Source: Deltaproteobacteria bacterium (GTDB lineage Bacteria > Myxococcota_A > Polyangia > Polyangiales > Houyiibacteriaceae). Taken from it: a DNA stretch of 64,000 nucleotides. A program made the translations under genes and the position numbers. The notes below the pieces were generated by a model. The model saw nothing but the letters and a program-made list of their open reading frames with translations. It made no database searches and was not told the DNA's origin. How positions within the stretch are numbered: position 1 is the first letter of the stretch; each line of letters begins with the position of its first letter. Below, piece after piece: positions 27,668-37,716 of the stretch. The stretch is taken from contig JAXMNT010000012.1 of NCBI GenBank assembly GCA_034670305.1, positions 1-64,000 of the forward strand, written 5' to 3'.

Positions 27668-29422
27668 TCACCCGCCGGTGCGCTGGAACACTTGGTAGAA
27701 GTAGTCGCCCGAACCGTCGGCGGCTTCGACCTTCAACCGGTAGGTGCCGGCCGACTGCGTGCAGTAGGTCACGCGCGGCATCGCGTCGTGCGTACCGTCG
27801 GCGGTGATGTCGTTGCGTCCCGAGCTCAACGTGAGGTCGAGGTTGCGCACTCCGTCGCCGCCCACAGCCACGATCGAGAAACACTCGTTGCCGGGCAGTT
27901 CCAGGTTGTGGCTGGCGTCCGAGCCCTGACGACGGAGCGTGCCGCGTCCCGGCGTGAAGTTGGCGGAGGGTTCGAAGCCTTCCACCCCGAGGAGCTGGAC
28001 CTGCTCGGAGAGGCGGACCCAGCTGAGGCCGCGAAGCCCGAACGGGCCCCGGGTGCCGCGGGGCCAGCGGTACGCGTGGTAGACGAAGCGTCCCTGACCC
28101 TGGGTCATCTTGACCTTCATCAAGAAGGTGCCCGAGTCGTCGGCGCAGACGCGCACGATCGGCCGAGCGTCGGTGCCCTCGTCGCTGTCGACTTCCCGGC
28201 CGCGCGGGTCGGTGAGGGCGAGGTCGAGGTCGCGGACCGAGTTGCCGCCGACGGCGACGATCGCGTAGCACTTGCCACCCTCGAGCTCGAGGTTGAAGTC
28301 GCGATCCTGGCCTTGCGTGAGCTGACCCTGCGCGCGGTCGCCAAAGTGTTCGTAGCCACGGGCGCGAATGTCGGAGTCGAGCAGCGCGTAGCGCTCGTCG
28401 AGACCCTGCGACTGCTGGGCGTCGCCGATGACCTGCGTCGGCTCCGGGGTGTTGTTGGTTGCAGACGCGCGCTGCTGCACCCAGCCGGCGACGAAGACCG
28501 GGCCTTCACCGGTGTAAAGGAGCGCGCGCAACAGGTAGGTGCCGGTCGCGGGCGGGCAGTACTCGACCACCGCGTCGATGTCGGTGGACGTGTCCTGCTG
28601 CATGGTCTGACCGGTTCCGTCGAGCACCGACAGGTCGGTGTCGCGGGTGCCTTCTCCGCCGAGCGAAGCGAAGGCGTAGCAGAAGCCCTGCTGCAGGTTC
28701 AGCTGTCGTTCGTTGGTCTCACGCGCGCCGAGCACGACGCCCGCGGTGTCGCCGACCCGGCGGTAGCGGTTTTGCGAGAGGCGCTGGTCGATCGCTTGCA
28801 GACGTGCCTGGGTGGCGTTGTCGAGCTGCGCGGTGCGCTGGGTCTGAACCTGGCCACCAAGGGCGACGACCACCTGCGGATCCTGCTGCGTCGCACCGCT
28901 GTAGAGCGCGTAGTAGTACTCGCCCTGTCCACTCGCGAGCTGCAAACGCGCGACGTAGCGGCCGCCCATCGACGGGCAAAAGCGCACCCAGGGGTTGGGG
29001 TCCGGGAGCACGTTGTGACCGACCGGTCGACCCATCGGGTCGAGCACGATCATGTTGAGGTCGGCTCCGTCGGCGCCCACCGCGATGGGCAAGAAACACT
29101 GCCCCGGCTGCGCGTTGATCGCGTAGGCGACGAGGCCCTGCGCCGGCATGTTGGTGTTGCGCACCGCCGGCCCAACCCGCGTGTAGCTGCGGGTGCGCAT
29201 GTGTGCGTCGACGCGGTTGAGCCGCTCGATCGGCGTGCCACCGGACATGATGGTTCCACCGCCACCGCCGCCTCCGCCACCGCCACCGCCTCCCGCGTTC
29301 GTTTGGCCTCCGGGCTGGAGACTGACGCCCGAGTTGAGCGAGGGGTTGAGGACGACCCGCCGGGGCGCACCGCAACCGGTGACCACGAGCAAGATGGAGA
29401 GGGAAAGCAGGGAAAGACGCAT
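27668..29422 (-). CDS. lipoprotein with tandem PPC-like beta-sandwich repeats
   Basis: VTGC lipobox, poly-Gly linker, four repeats of L..G.C(Y/F)...A.G......DLDL...D..G.....D.......V..C....G.Y...V. Confidence 0.82.
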   Translation of the reverse strand: MRLSLLSLSILLVVTGCGAPRRVVLNPSLNSGVSLQPGGQTNAGGGGGGGGGGGGGTIMSGGTPIERLNRVDAHMRTRSYTRVGPAVRNTNMPAQGLVAYAINAQPGQCFLPIAVGADGADLNMIVLDPMGRPVGHNVLPDPNPWVRFCPSMGGRYVARLQLASGQGEYYYALYSGATQQDPQVVVALGGQVQTQRTAQLDNATQARLQAIDQRLSQNRYRRVGDTAGVVLGARETNERQLNLQQGFCYAFASLGGEGTRDTDLSVLDGTGQTMQQDTSTDIDAVVEYCPPATGTYLLRALLYTGEGPVFVAGWVQQRASATNNTPEPTQVIGDAQQSQGLDERYALLDSDIRARGYEHFGDRAQGQLTQGQDRDFNLELEGGKCYAIVAVGGNSVRDLDLALTDPRGREVDSDEGTDARPIVRVCADDSGTFLMKVKMTQGQGRFVYHAYRWPRGTRGPFGLRGLSWVRLSEQVQLLGVEGFEPSANFTPGRGTLRRQGSDASHNLELPGNECFSIVAVGGDGVRNLDLTLSSGRNDITADGTHDAMPRVTYCTQSAGTYRLKVEAADGSGDYFYQVFQRTGG

Positions 29423-29647
29423 GAGGGCTCCGATGGAGGACGCAGGGGAGGGCCGAATGCTTCAATCCGGACCCCGCGGGCCTACTGAAGCACGGCCTCC
29501 GCCCCCGTGCCAAGGGGGATGCCGTTCCCTCCGGAGCGGCGGCCAGTTGGGATCAGGCCGGTCTCCGTCGGATGCCGGCCCACCGAAATCCCGGGCGATC
29601 GGGGACGGAGGCCCGGGTGTGGGCCATGGGTGTGCCATGGTGCGGCC

Positions 29648-31156
29648 ATGATCGTGAAGATCGCCATGGTCGTCGTCTACCTCCTCATCCTCGTCGGGAT
29701 CGGGGTCGTGGCTTCTCGGCGGATGAAGGGGCTCGAGGATTACTTCGCTGCGGGCAAGCAACTCGGGTTCTGGTCCGTCGCCTTCAGCGCCCGCGCCACC
29801 GGCGAGTCCGCGTGGTTGCTCATCGGGCTCACCGGCATGGGCGCCGCGGTGGGGGCGAAGGCGTTCTGGGTGGTGGTGGGCGAGGTCGTCGGGGTGACCG
29901 CCTCGTGGTTGCTGATGAGCCGGCGCTTCAAGCGGCTCACGGACGAGTACGACTCCATCACCATCCCAGATTACCTGGCGTCGCGCTTCCGGGACGAGAG
30001 CCACAAGCTGCGCGTCGTCGCGGCCGGCGCGCTGGTGATCTTCGTGACCATCTACGTGAGCGCGCAGATCGACGCGACCGGCAAAGCGTTCGAGACGTTT
30101 CTCGGGTGGGACTACTTCGTCGGGGTCGGGATCGGCTTCGTCGTGGTGCTCGCGTACATCGGCGCCGGCGGGTTCTTGGCGGTGGCGTGGTCGGACGTCT
30201 TTCAGGGCGTGCTGATGTTCGCGGGGCTCGTACTCCTGCCGATCGTGGGGCTCGTACATCTCGGCGGGTTCGGCGCGATGTTCGACACGTTGCGGGAGAT
30301 CGACCCGGCCCTCCTGGCGCTCTCGGGCACCGAGACGCCCAACCTGATGACGTATTTGAGCATCGTGGCGCTGGCGCTCGTCGGGATCGGGTTTCTCGGT
30401 TCGCCGCAGATCTTCGTGCGGTTCATCGCGCTCAAGAACGAGAGCGAGATCAACCGAGGCGCAGCGGTGGCCTTCGTGTGGACGGTGATGGCGGACAGCG
30501 GCGCGGTGCTCACCGGCATGATCGGTCGGGCGATGTTGACCGAGCCAGGCCAAAACGTGGAAGCCGTGCTCGGAGTGGCCGGCGAGAGCGTGCTGCCGAT
30601 GACGGTGGAGGCGCTCTTCCCGCTCTTCATCGTCGGCATCTACGTCGCGATCGTGCTCAGCGCGATCATGTCGACGGTGGACTCGCTGCTCGTGCTGGCG
30701 GGGAGCGCCGCGGTGCGGGACGTCTACCAGAAGGTCCTGCACCCGGAGATCCCGGGCTCGAAGCTCATGTCGAAGAGCCGCCAGGTCACCATCGGGCTCG
30801 CAGTGGCCGCGCTTCTGATCTCGGTCGGGGTGGCGCTCGTCAGCCCGGATCGGACCGTCTATTGGTTCGTGATCTTCGGCTGGTCGGGGATCAGCGCGAC
30901 CTTCTGCCCGGTGATGATCCTGTCGCTCTTCTGGAAAGGGCTGACCGCCCGCGGAGCCCTGTTCGCCATGGTCACCGGGTTTCTGTGCGTGCCGCTCTTC
31001 AAGTTCGGCGCGCCGCTCCTGCCCGGCGTCGGCCCCTACTTCGCCGAGCTCGCCGAGCTGCCCCCTGCGTTTCTGATCTCGATGACGGTGGCCCTCGTCG
31101 TCTCCAAGTTCGATCCGGCCGGCCAAGCGCGCCTCGCCGACATCAAACTGCCCTAG
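29648..31156 (+). CDS. putP: sodium/proline symporter (SSS family)
   Basis: DYF.AG..LG, SARATGESAWLL.GL.G, GGFLAVAWSD..QG, G.PQ...RF.A, SAIMST.DS.L. Confidence 0.9.
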   Translation: MIVKIAMVVVYLLILVGIGVVASRRMKGLEDYFAAGKQLGFWSVAFSARATGESAWLLIGLTGMGAAVGAKAFWVVVGEVVGVTASWLLMSRRFKRLTDEYDSITIPDYLASRFRDESHKLRVVAAGALVIFVTIYVSAQIDATGKAFETFLGWDYFVGVGIGFVVVLAYIGAGGFLAVAWSDVFQGVLMFAGLVLLPIVGLVHLGGFGAMFDTLREIDPALLALSGTETPNLMTYLSIVALALVGIGFLGSPQIFVRFIALKNESEINRGAAVAFVWTVMADSGAVLTGMIGRAMLTEPGQNVEAVLGVAGESVLPMTVEALFPLFIVGIYVAIVLSAIMSTVDSLLVLAGSAAVRDVYQKVLHPEIPGSKLMSKSRQVTIGLAVAALLISVGVALVSPDRTVYWFVIFGWSGISATFCPVMILSLFWKGLTARGALFAMVTGFLCVPLFKFGAPLLPGVGPYFAELAELPPAFLISMTVALVVSKFDPAGQARLADIKLP

Positions 31157-31177
31157 CGGGAGGTCGGTTCGAACCGA

Positions 31178-31253
31178 GGGCAAGGGCAGGGGCAAGGGCA
31201 GGGGCACGGGCAGGAGCAGAGCAAGGGCAGGGGGCACGGGCAGGGGCACGGGG
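31178..31253 (+). repeat. GGGCAN hexamer tract (~12 units)
   Basis: gggcaa gggcag gggcaa gggcag gggcac gggcag ..., intergenic after putP. Confidence 0.85.
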
Positions 31254-31358
31254 CCGCAGGGCATTCGGATCGTGGTCAGGGGGGCGATCCACCGATATCC
31301 TGTGCGCGCTGCCGGTTTCGTGGGTTCGTGGGGTTCCCGCCGGCGCTGGAGGTGGCTC

Positions 31359-34019
31359 ATGCGGTCTTACCGCTCTTGGTTTTGTTGTGTGGGTGTGTTG
31401 CTCGCGTTGTCCGCCTGTGGAGGCGACGACGATTCGACCATGGACGCGGGCGTGCCCGATGGGTTCGTGCCCGAGCCGCCGATCGTCGACATCCCCAACC
31501 CCACCCTCGTGCAGACCAGCGCCCCCGAACAAGTACGGGCCGGTGAACTCATTCCAGTGACGTGCGTGATCCTGGACGACGCCGGTGAGGTCTATTCCGC
31601 CGCGGGCCGCACCCCACGCATCCGCGTCTCGCCCGCGACCTCGGTGCGTTTCGACGGCGACGACATCGTCGCGATCCAGACCGGCGAGGTGGAAGTCAGC
31701 TGCGCATTCAGCGATCTGATGTTGACCGACGAGAGCCCCGCCATCGTGCGCATCGTGCCCGGCGATCCGGCAGAGGTCGTCACCACCGTCGACCGCAGCA
31801 GCATCGAAGCCGGCGAGACCATCAGCGTCACCTGCGAGACCTTCGACGCGTTCGGCAACCCCATCCCCGACGCCGAACCCACGATGGCGGTCGACCCCAC
31901 CGACGACGGCAACACGACCGACGGCAGGACCACCACGTTCACGGCCGCCGGCCGCTACGAGGTCTCCTGTGATCTCGACGGCGCCGCCAGCACCTCCGAG
32001 CGGGTCGAAGTGAACCCGACCGTGCCCGCCTCGCTCGCCCTCGCCCGTGTCCCCGACCAGCCGGTCTACGCGATCGGACAGATCGTCGAAGTCGCCAGCA
32101 TCGTGACCGACCGCTACGACAACCCGATCACCGACGCACCGGTCGGCTTCGTCAGCGAACCCGCCGGCTCGACGCTCGGCCGCAACCGGTTCCGCTACCT
32201 CAGCGACGGAATCTACGTGGTCACCGCGACCGTCGCGCCGCCGACCGAAGGCGACGTGGAACTGACCGCACAGGTGACCATCGTGGTCGACGGCAACGGC
32301 CCCTCGGTCCAGTGCACGAGCCCCGCGGACGGTTCGATGTTGAACGCGGTCCCCGGCAGCACCGTCACGTTCGAAGGCAGCGTCGCCGACACGAGCGGCA
32401 TCGAGAGCGTGCGCGTCAACGGCACCACGGCCACGCTCGGCGACGGCGGCGACTTCAGCGCGCCGCTCACCGTCGACTTCGGGATCAACTTCGTCGACAT
32501 CGTCGCGCGCGACGAGTTCGGCGCCGAGAGCAGCCACACCTGTGCGTTCCTCGCCTCGAACCGCTGGGCGGATCCGAGCACCACCTTCGGCGACACCGTC
32601 GGGCTCTCGCTCGGCATGGACGGCATCGACGACGGGGACCGGGCCGATGGCCTCGACTCGCTGAACGACCTGCTCTACCTGGTGATCAACAGCGAAGGCC
32701 TGCGCACGCAGCTGCACGACGCGCTCATCGCGAACAACCCGCTCAAACCCGACAGCTGCGACCAGCGCGTCTTCGGGGTGTGCGTGTTCCGGAGCGAGAT
32801 CAACTACTTGAACAACCGGCTGGGCGCGCGCACGACCGACCTCACGCTGATCGACGGAGGCATGCACGCCCGGGTGCGGCTCGACAACGTCGAGATGCAG
32901 CTTCGGGTCAGTGGCACCGTCAACAACACCGGCTGGATCATGATGGACTACGTCGACATCGACGTGGACTTCGACGTCGCCTTGGCCGGCGGCCGGCCGC
33001 AGATCACCGTGCGGCCGGGCAGCGTGATGGTGGAGGTCGGCCGCATCACCGCCGACTTCAGCGGCTTCAGCGGCCTCATCATCGACATCATCCTCGCGGT
33101 CGCCAACGGCCAGATCCGCGACATCGTGGCGAACATCGTCGGCAACTACGTTTCGACCAACTTCAACGACGTGCTCGACGGAGTGGTCAGCGGTCTCGAC
33201 ATCTCCACGCTCGGCTCGACCTTCTCGGTGCCGCGCATCGATGGCTCCGGCACGCTCGACGTGAACTTCGGCGTCGGCTTCTCACACATCAACAGCAATC
33301 CGACCCGGCTCTTGATGGGCATCGGCACCCGCTTCAGCGGACCCACCGTCATCGCCAACCCAACGCTCGGTGTCGCGGTTCCGCCCGGCACCGCAGGCGC
33401 CGTCGTGCGCGACGATCCGGCGCTCATGGGCCGATCGATGGGTGTCTCGATCCACACCGCGCTCTTCAACCAGGTCTTCCACGCGCTCTGGCGCGGCGGC
33501 CTCTTGCGCGGAACGATCACCGGCGATGGGACCTCGTTCCCAGAAGGCGTGGTCGTCGTTCTCGACGGGTCGCTGCCGCCAGTCGCGGAGATGGACGAAG
33601 AGGGCACCGTCAACGTGGGCATCGGCACGCTGAATCTCTCGCTCGTCTACCCTGGGCTCTTCGACGACCCGTTGCCGGTCACGCTCGGCGCCCGCTCCAC
33701 CGCAAACGTCCGGCTCGTCGGCAACGACCTCGCGTTCGACGGCATCGTGATCGACGAACTCTTCTTCTCGACCCGAGAAGTGAGCCTCGACGAAGAGACC
33801 CGAGAGATCCTCGAGGGCTTCCTCATCTCGCTGGTGCAGTCGCTCGTGGACAGCGTGTTGAACGACTCGCTCCCAGCGATTCCCATCCCCAGCTTCGAGC
33901 TGCCGGCCTCGCTCGCGACCTACGGCGTGCCCGTGGGCACCGAGCTCGGCATCCGCAGCCCGACCCTCGCCAACGAACCGCAGCACTTCGTGCTCCGCGG
34001 CAACTTCGGGAGCCTCTGA
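31359..34019 (+). CDS. large lipoprotein: tandem Ig-like domains plus C-terminal BPI/LBP (TULIP)-like region
   Basis: LSAC lipobox; D..GN Ig-like repeats; long amphipathic beta-strand and helix region with IHTALFNQVFHALWRGGLL. Fold assignment is inference. Confidence 0.75.
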   Translation: MRSYRSWFCCVGVLLALSACGGDDDSTMDAGVPDGFVPEPPIVDIPNPTLVQTSAPEQVRAGELIPVTCVILDDAGEVYSAAGRTPRIRVSPATSVRFDGDDIVAIQTGEVEVSCAFSDLMLTDESPAIVRIVPGDPAEVVTTVDRSSIEAGETISVTCETFDAFGNPIPDAEPTMAVDPTDDGNTTDGRTTTFTAAGRYEVSCDLDGAASTSERVEVNPTVPASLALARVPDQPVYAIGQIVEVASIVTDRYDNPITDAPVGFVSEPAGSTLGRNRFRYLSDGIYVVTATVAPPTEGDVELTAQVTIVVDGNGPSVQCTSPADGSMLNAVPGSTVTFEGSVADTSGIESVRVNGTTATLGDGGDFSAPLTVDFGINFVDIVARDEFGAESSHTCAFLASNRWADPSTTFGDTVGLSLGMDGIDDGDRADGLDSLNDLLYLVINSEGLRTQLHDALIANNPLKPDSCDQRVFGVCVFRSEINYLNNRLGARTTDLTLIDGGMHARVRLDNVEMQLRVSGTVNNTGWIMMDYVDIDVDFDVALAGGRPQITVRPGSVMVEVGRITADFSGFSGLIIDIILAVANGQIRDIVANIVGNYVSTNFNDVLDGVVSGLDISTLGSTFSVPRIDGSGTLDVNFGVGFSHINSNPTRLLMGIGTRFSGPTVIANPTLGVAVPPGTAGAVVRDDPALMGRSMGVSIHTALFNQVFHALWRGGLLRGTITGDGTSFPEGVVVVLDGSLPPVAEMDEEGTVNVGIGTLNLSLVYPGLFDDPLPVTLGARSTANVRLVGNDLAFDGIVIDELFFSTREVSLDEETREILEGFLISLVQSLVDSVLNDSLPAIPIPSFELPASLATYGVPVGTELGIRSPTLANEPQHFVLRGNFGSL

Positions 34020-36184
34020 TGTTCTTGCGCACCTCCAGCATCGCGCTGCTCTCCCTGTTCCTGGCCATCGGTTGTGGCGACGACTCGGCACCGCCGGACA
34101 TGGACGGGGGCATCGACTTCGACGGCGGTCCCGACGGACCGGTGCCGTTCGGCATCGACGTGAGCGTCACCCCGGCGCGCGCGGAGTACCGAACCGGCAC
34201 CGCGATTCGAACCGTGGCGCAGGTCTTCGGCGCGGACGAGATGCCGATCGAAGGCGTGGGCGTCACGTGGACCGTGGAGCCGCCCGAGGCCGTGATCGCG
34301 ATGGACGATCAGGTCTACCAGCTCGTCGGTGAAGGCTACGTGAAGTTCACCGGCTGCACCGAACGCCCCGGACCGCCCACCGCCGAGGAACCCGCCGGCA
34401 CCATCCTCTGCGACTCCGCGCGCATCCTCGTCGACGCGGGTTCGCCCGTGCTCGAAGTCACGAGCCCCGAGCCGGGCGCGGAGCTCGGCGCCACCGAAGA
34501 GACCATGATCGTGGTCGAAGGATCCGCGACCGACACCCGGCCCGTGAACGTCTTCGTGAACGGGGAGATGGTCGAACTCGACGAGCTCGGGCAGTTCCGC
34601 GCCGAAGTCCGGCCGCTCTTCGGCGTGAACCACATCGAGGTGGTCGCGTCGGACGGAGTCACGCCAGACACCAAAGTCGAGATGGACGTGCTCTGGGCGG
34701 ACGCCTACTTGCCGGCCACCGATGGCACGAACCCGCGCGTCACCTTGGACGAGGGCATCCTGATGCAGCTCGGCCAGCGCTTCTTCGACGACGAAGTGCC
34801 GCTCGATACCTCTGCGGATCCGGTCATGACGCGCGACCTCGCGGACGTGTTCCAGCTGGTCCTCGAGAACGTGGACTTCAACGAGTTCCTCCCCGACCCG
34901 CTCGTCGACAACCGGCCAACGCTGTTCCTTCGGGTCACCGACGCGCGGCCGAGTCTGGTCGAAGTGCACATGGACCTGGTCGAGGACGGCGCCGAGCTCT
35001 TCATCCGCATGGGCGCGGTCGATCTCGACACCGAAGGGGCGCTCGAGTTCGAGGGGTCGATGCTCAACCTCAGCGGCGGCCTGACCGCCGGGATCAGCGC
35101 CTTCGCCCATCTGCGGCTTTCCAAGGATGGGGTCGATGGGCCGATCGAATCGGAGATCGACCGGCTCGACGTCGCGATCGAATCACTCACCGGGCGGTTC
35201 ACCGAACCCGAAGCCAACGCGATCCTGCGGCTCGCCGAAGGCATCTTGCGCACGACCTTCGAGACCCAGCTGGCCGATGCGTTCGGCGACTCGCTGCTGG
35301 ATGCGATCCCCGCGATCCTCTCGGACGCGCTCGGCTCGCTCGACTCGGCGCTCGCCGGGCAGACGATCCCGATCACGACGGACCTCTTTCCGCCGGTGAC
35401 CATCGAACTCGACGGGCGGCTCGCCGGGCTGGAGACGACCTACCGTCGATGGCTGCGCGCACCGCTTCAGATGAGCGTGGGCACGACCTCCGAGATCACC
35501 TACCCGGACTCGCGGGGCGCGGCGACCTTGCTGGCCTCGAGCGACCCGCTCTTCCGGACCTCCACGGGCCAGATCGGCGTGAAGCTCGGGGTGCTCAACG
35601 GCCTCTTGCACACGCTGTGGAACTCGGGGCTGCTCGAGATCGACGCCGGCGCGATTCTTCCAGAAGACCTCGCGGGCATCATCATGGACGCCCAGCTCAC
35701 GGGGAAACTCCCGCCGGTCATGCGCCCGCCGCAGGGCAGCGAGACCACCGACATGGTGCTCGCACTCGGACAGGCCGAGCTCTACCTGACCGCGCTCGGC
35801 GCCACGACGCGCTACGGCATCACCATCGAAGCGGGCGTGGACGTTGCGGTGGTCGATGGCGCCGTCACGCTCGACGTCGCCGAAGAGCCCTTCGTGCGGG
35901 CTTGGATCATCGCCTCGACCGACGCGCGTCCGCCGATCGACGGAGACGCGCTCGAGTCGATCTTGATCGCGGAGCTGTGGCCGCCGCTTCGCGACGCGGT
36001 CTCGTCGGGTCTGTCGCTCTCGTTGCCCTCGCTCTCGGTCGGCGACCTGACCGGACTCGCGCCGGCCCTCGCGGGCTTCGAACTCGAGCTCGAGATGGGC
36101 GAGCGCCTCGACGTCCGAGAAGACTCGCTCGTCCTCGACATCCAGATCCTCGGAACCCTCCCGCCGACGATGTCGATGGAGTAG
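34019..36184 (+). CDS. paralogous lipoprotein: Ig-like domains plus BPI/LBP-like region
   Basis: ATG overlaps the upstream TGA; LAIGC lipobox; V.VNG...F.......FG.N.I.VVA.D Ig-like domain shared with upstream gene; KLGVLNGLLHTLWNSGLL. Confidence 0.75.
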   Translation: MFLRTSSIALLSLFLAIGCGDDSAPPDMDGGIDFDGGPDGPVPFGIDVSVTPARAEYRTGTAIRTVAQVFGADEMPIEGVGVTWTVEPPEAVIAMDDQVYQLVGEGYVKFTGCTERPGPPTAEEPAGTILCDSARILVDAGSPVLEVTSPEPGAELGATEETMIVVEGSATDTRPVNVFVNGEMVELDELGQFRAEVRPLFGVNHIEVVASDGVTPDTKVEMDVLWADAYLPATDGTNPRVTLDEGILMQLGQRFFDDEVPLDTSADPVMTRDLADVFQLVLENVDFNEFLPDPLVDNRPTLFLRVTDARPSLVEVHMDLVEDGAELFIRMGAVDLDTEGALEFEGSMLNLSGGLTAGISAFAHLRLSKDGVDGPIESEIDRLDVAIESLTGRFTEPEANAILRLAEGILRTTFETQLADAFGDSLLDAIPAILSDALGSLDSALAGQTIPITTDLFPPVTIELDGRLAGLETTYRRWLRAPLQMSVGTTSEITYPDSRGAATLLASSDPLFRTSTGQIGVKLGVLNGLLHTLWNSGLLEIDAGAILPEDLAGIIMDAQLTGKLPPVMRPPQGSETTDMVLALGQAELYLTALGATTRYGITIEAGVDVAVVDGAVTLDVAEEPFVRAWIIASTDARPPIDGDALESILIAELWPPLRDAVSSGLSLSLPSLSVGDLTGLAPALAGFELELEMGERLDVREDSLVLDIQILGTLPPTMSME

Positions 36185-36326
36185 CCGGGGTTGCGCGAAG
36201 CCTAGGCCGTTCGAGTCGGCCAACTTCACCGACATCGACGAGGGCATCGCCTGGGTGAAAGCCCGCCTGCCCACCTGAGCGCCCGCAGCAGGTGACCACG
36301 CGGACTTTGCCGGCGCGTTGGATCGC

Positions 36327-37712
36327 CTAAGCGGCTTCGGCTTCGACGGCGGCGGCGCTCTCGGCTCGGTAGCTCTGGAGCAGCCACCGGGCGAGCACGA
36401 GCCAGGTCACGATGAGCACGAGGTTCACGCCCGCGAATCCGCGGGGGCCAAACTCCATCCAGGTGGTGCCCGCGAACACGAGGCCGGCGCTGAGCACATC
36501 GCCCGAGCGCACCACCAGCGTGTCGATGGTCTGCTTCGCCTTGTACTTGTCCTCGCGTGAGGTCGGCAGCCAGAGCATCGCCCGGGCGGTGTTCATGATG
36601 GAGTAGTCGGTCGCGTTCTCCGCCGTCTTGGCCCAGCGGAAGACCATGAAACCGACCCCGAAGAACGCGAGCCCGTAGCCCACGCCAGCGACGATGGGCA
36701 ACGCGAGCAGCGCACCCGCGATGCCGAACTTGTCGACCAGACGCGAAGCGAGGAACGCCTGCATGGTCACCGACGCGACGTTCACCCAGAGAAAGAAGTT
36801 GCCGTAGAACTCGCCGACGTAGGACTTGCGCCACTCGTCCACGTCTTCGATGACGCCGCCCGCCAACGCCGCACGCTGCGCTTCGTCCGTCAGGGCGATG
36901 ACGTACTCGCTCAGCACGTATTCACCGGTCGTGTTCACCAGGTTGAGCAGGAGAATGAGCGCCGCGATCTGTCCGATGTACTTGCGCCGAAAGAGAAGCT
37001 CGAAGCCCGCGACCGCCGCACGCAACGCGGACTGCTTCGGCTCCGGTTTGACGAGGTTCACATCCGGCCGGCGGAGCACGAGCGCATAGAGCACGCCGTG
37101 CACCACCAAGAGGCCCGCCGCGACCTGCAATACCGCGCCGGGACTGACCTGTTCTCCGAAGAGCCGGCCGGCCAAGAACGACCCGGCGAACGCGCCGCCG
37201 GTCATGCCGATGCCGATGAAGGGGAAGATGCGCTCGCCGTGCACGCGCGGGTACACCTCGTTCGCGAAGCCCCAGAAGAGCGCGATCGACGAGAGGCTGA
37301 AGATGCCCACCCACACGAAGAACACGAACCCGATCGGCAGCTCACCCGCCCACGCGAAGTAGAACGCCTCGATGCACACCAGGAAGAACGCGACCATGCC
37401 GAAGAGCAGCCGGCGGGTGTCGACCGCGCTCGTCAGCCAGTTGAAGAGCGGCAGCACCGCGATGAGCACGCCGGCCTGCACCGCGCTCGCGTAGCTCTTG
37501 AGCTTCGGTCCGTCCTCGAGCACCAGGATGAGCGGCTCGCGGGTGGTCTTCAGCACGTAGTACGCGAAGAGCACCACGAAGATGTTCACCATCATGAGCA
37601 GCGCGGTGCCGCCTTCGCCCGCGCGCACATCCGCGAAGGGGCGGAGCGCGCGGTCGAGCAAGGTGGGCTGCTGGACGGGTTCGGCCGGCGCCGGCTCGGA
37701 AGGATCGACCAC
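36327..37712 (-). CDS. NTP/NDP exchange transporter (TLC/NTT family, MFS)
   Basis: AYYVLK..RE.L, FFVWVGIF, FWGFANE, K.AEN..DYSI..TAR..L.LP....KYKAK..ID...VR.GD; GTG start at 37712. Confidence 0.88.
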   Translation of the reverse strand: MVDPSEPAPAEPVQQPTLLDRALRPFADVRAGEGGTALLMMVNIFVVLFAYYVLKTTREPLILVLEDGPKLKSYASAVQAGVLIAVLPLFNWLTSAVDTRRLLFGMVAFFLVCIEAFYFAWAGELPIGFVFFVWVGIFSLSSIALFWGFANEVYPRVHGERIFPFIGIGMTGGAFAGSFLAGRLFGEQVSPGAVLQVAAGLLVVHGVLYALVLRRPDVNLVKPEPKQSALRAAVAGFELLFRRKYIGQIAALILLLNLVNTTGEYVLSEYVIALTDEAQRAALAGGVIEDVDEWRKSYVGEFYGNFFLWVNVASVTMQAFLASRLVDKFGIAGALLALPIVAGVGYGLAFFGVGFMVFRWAKTAENATDYSIMNTARAMLWLPTSREDKYKAKQTIDTLVVRSGDVLSAGLVFAGTTWMEFGPRGFAGVNLVLIVTWLVLARWLLQSYRAESAAAVEAEAA

Positions 37713-37716
37713 GCGC

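Noticed and set aside
32312-34018. N-terminal 569 aa of the 1290-aa ORF
   Set aside because: Arg-rich off-frame shadow of the upstream gene; the real gene starts at ATG 34019 with a lipoprotein signal.
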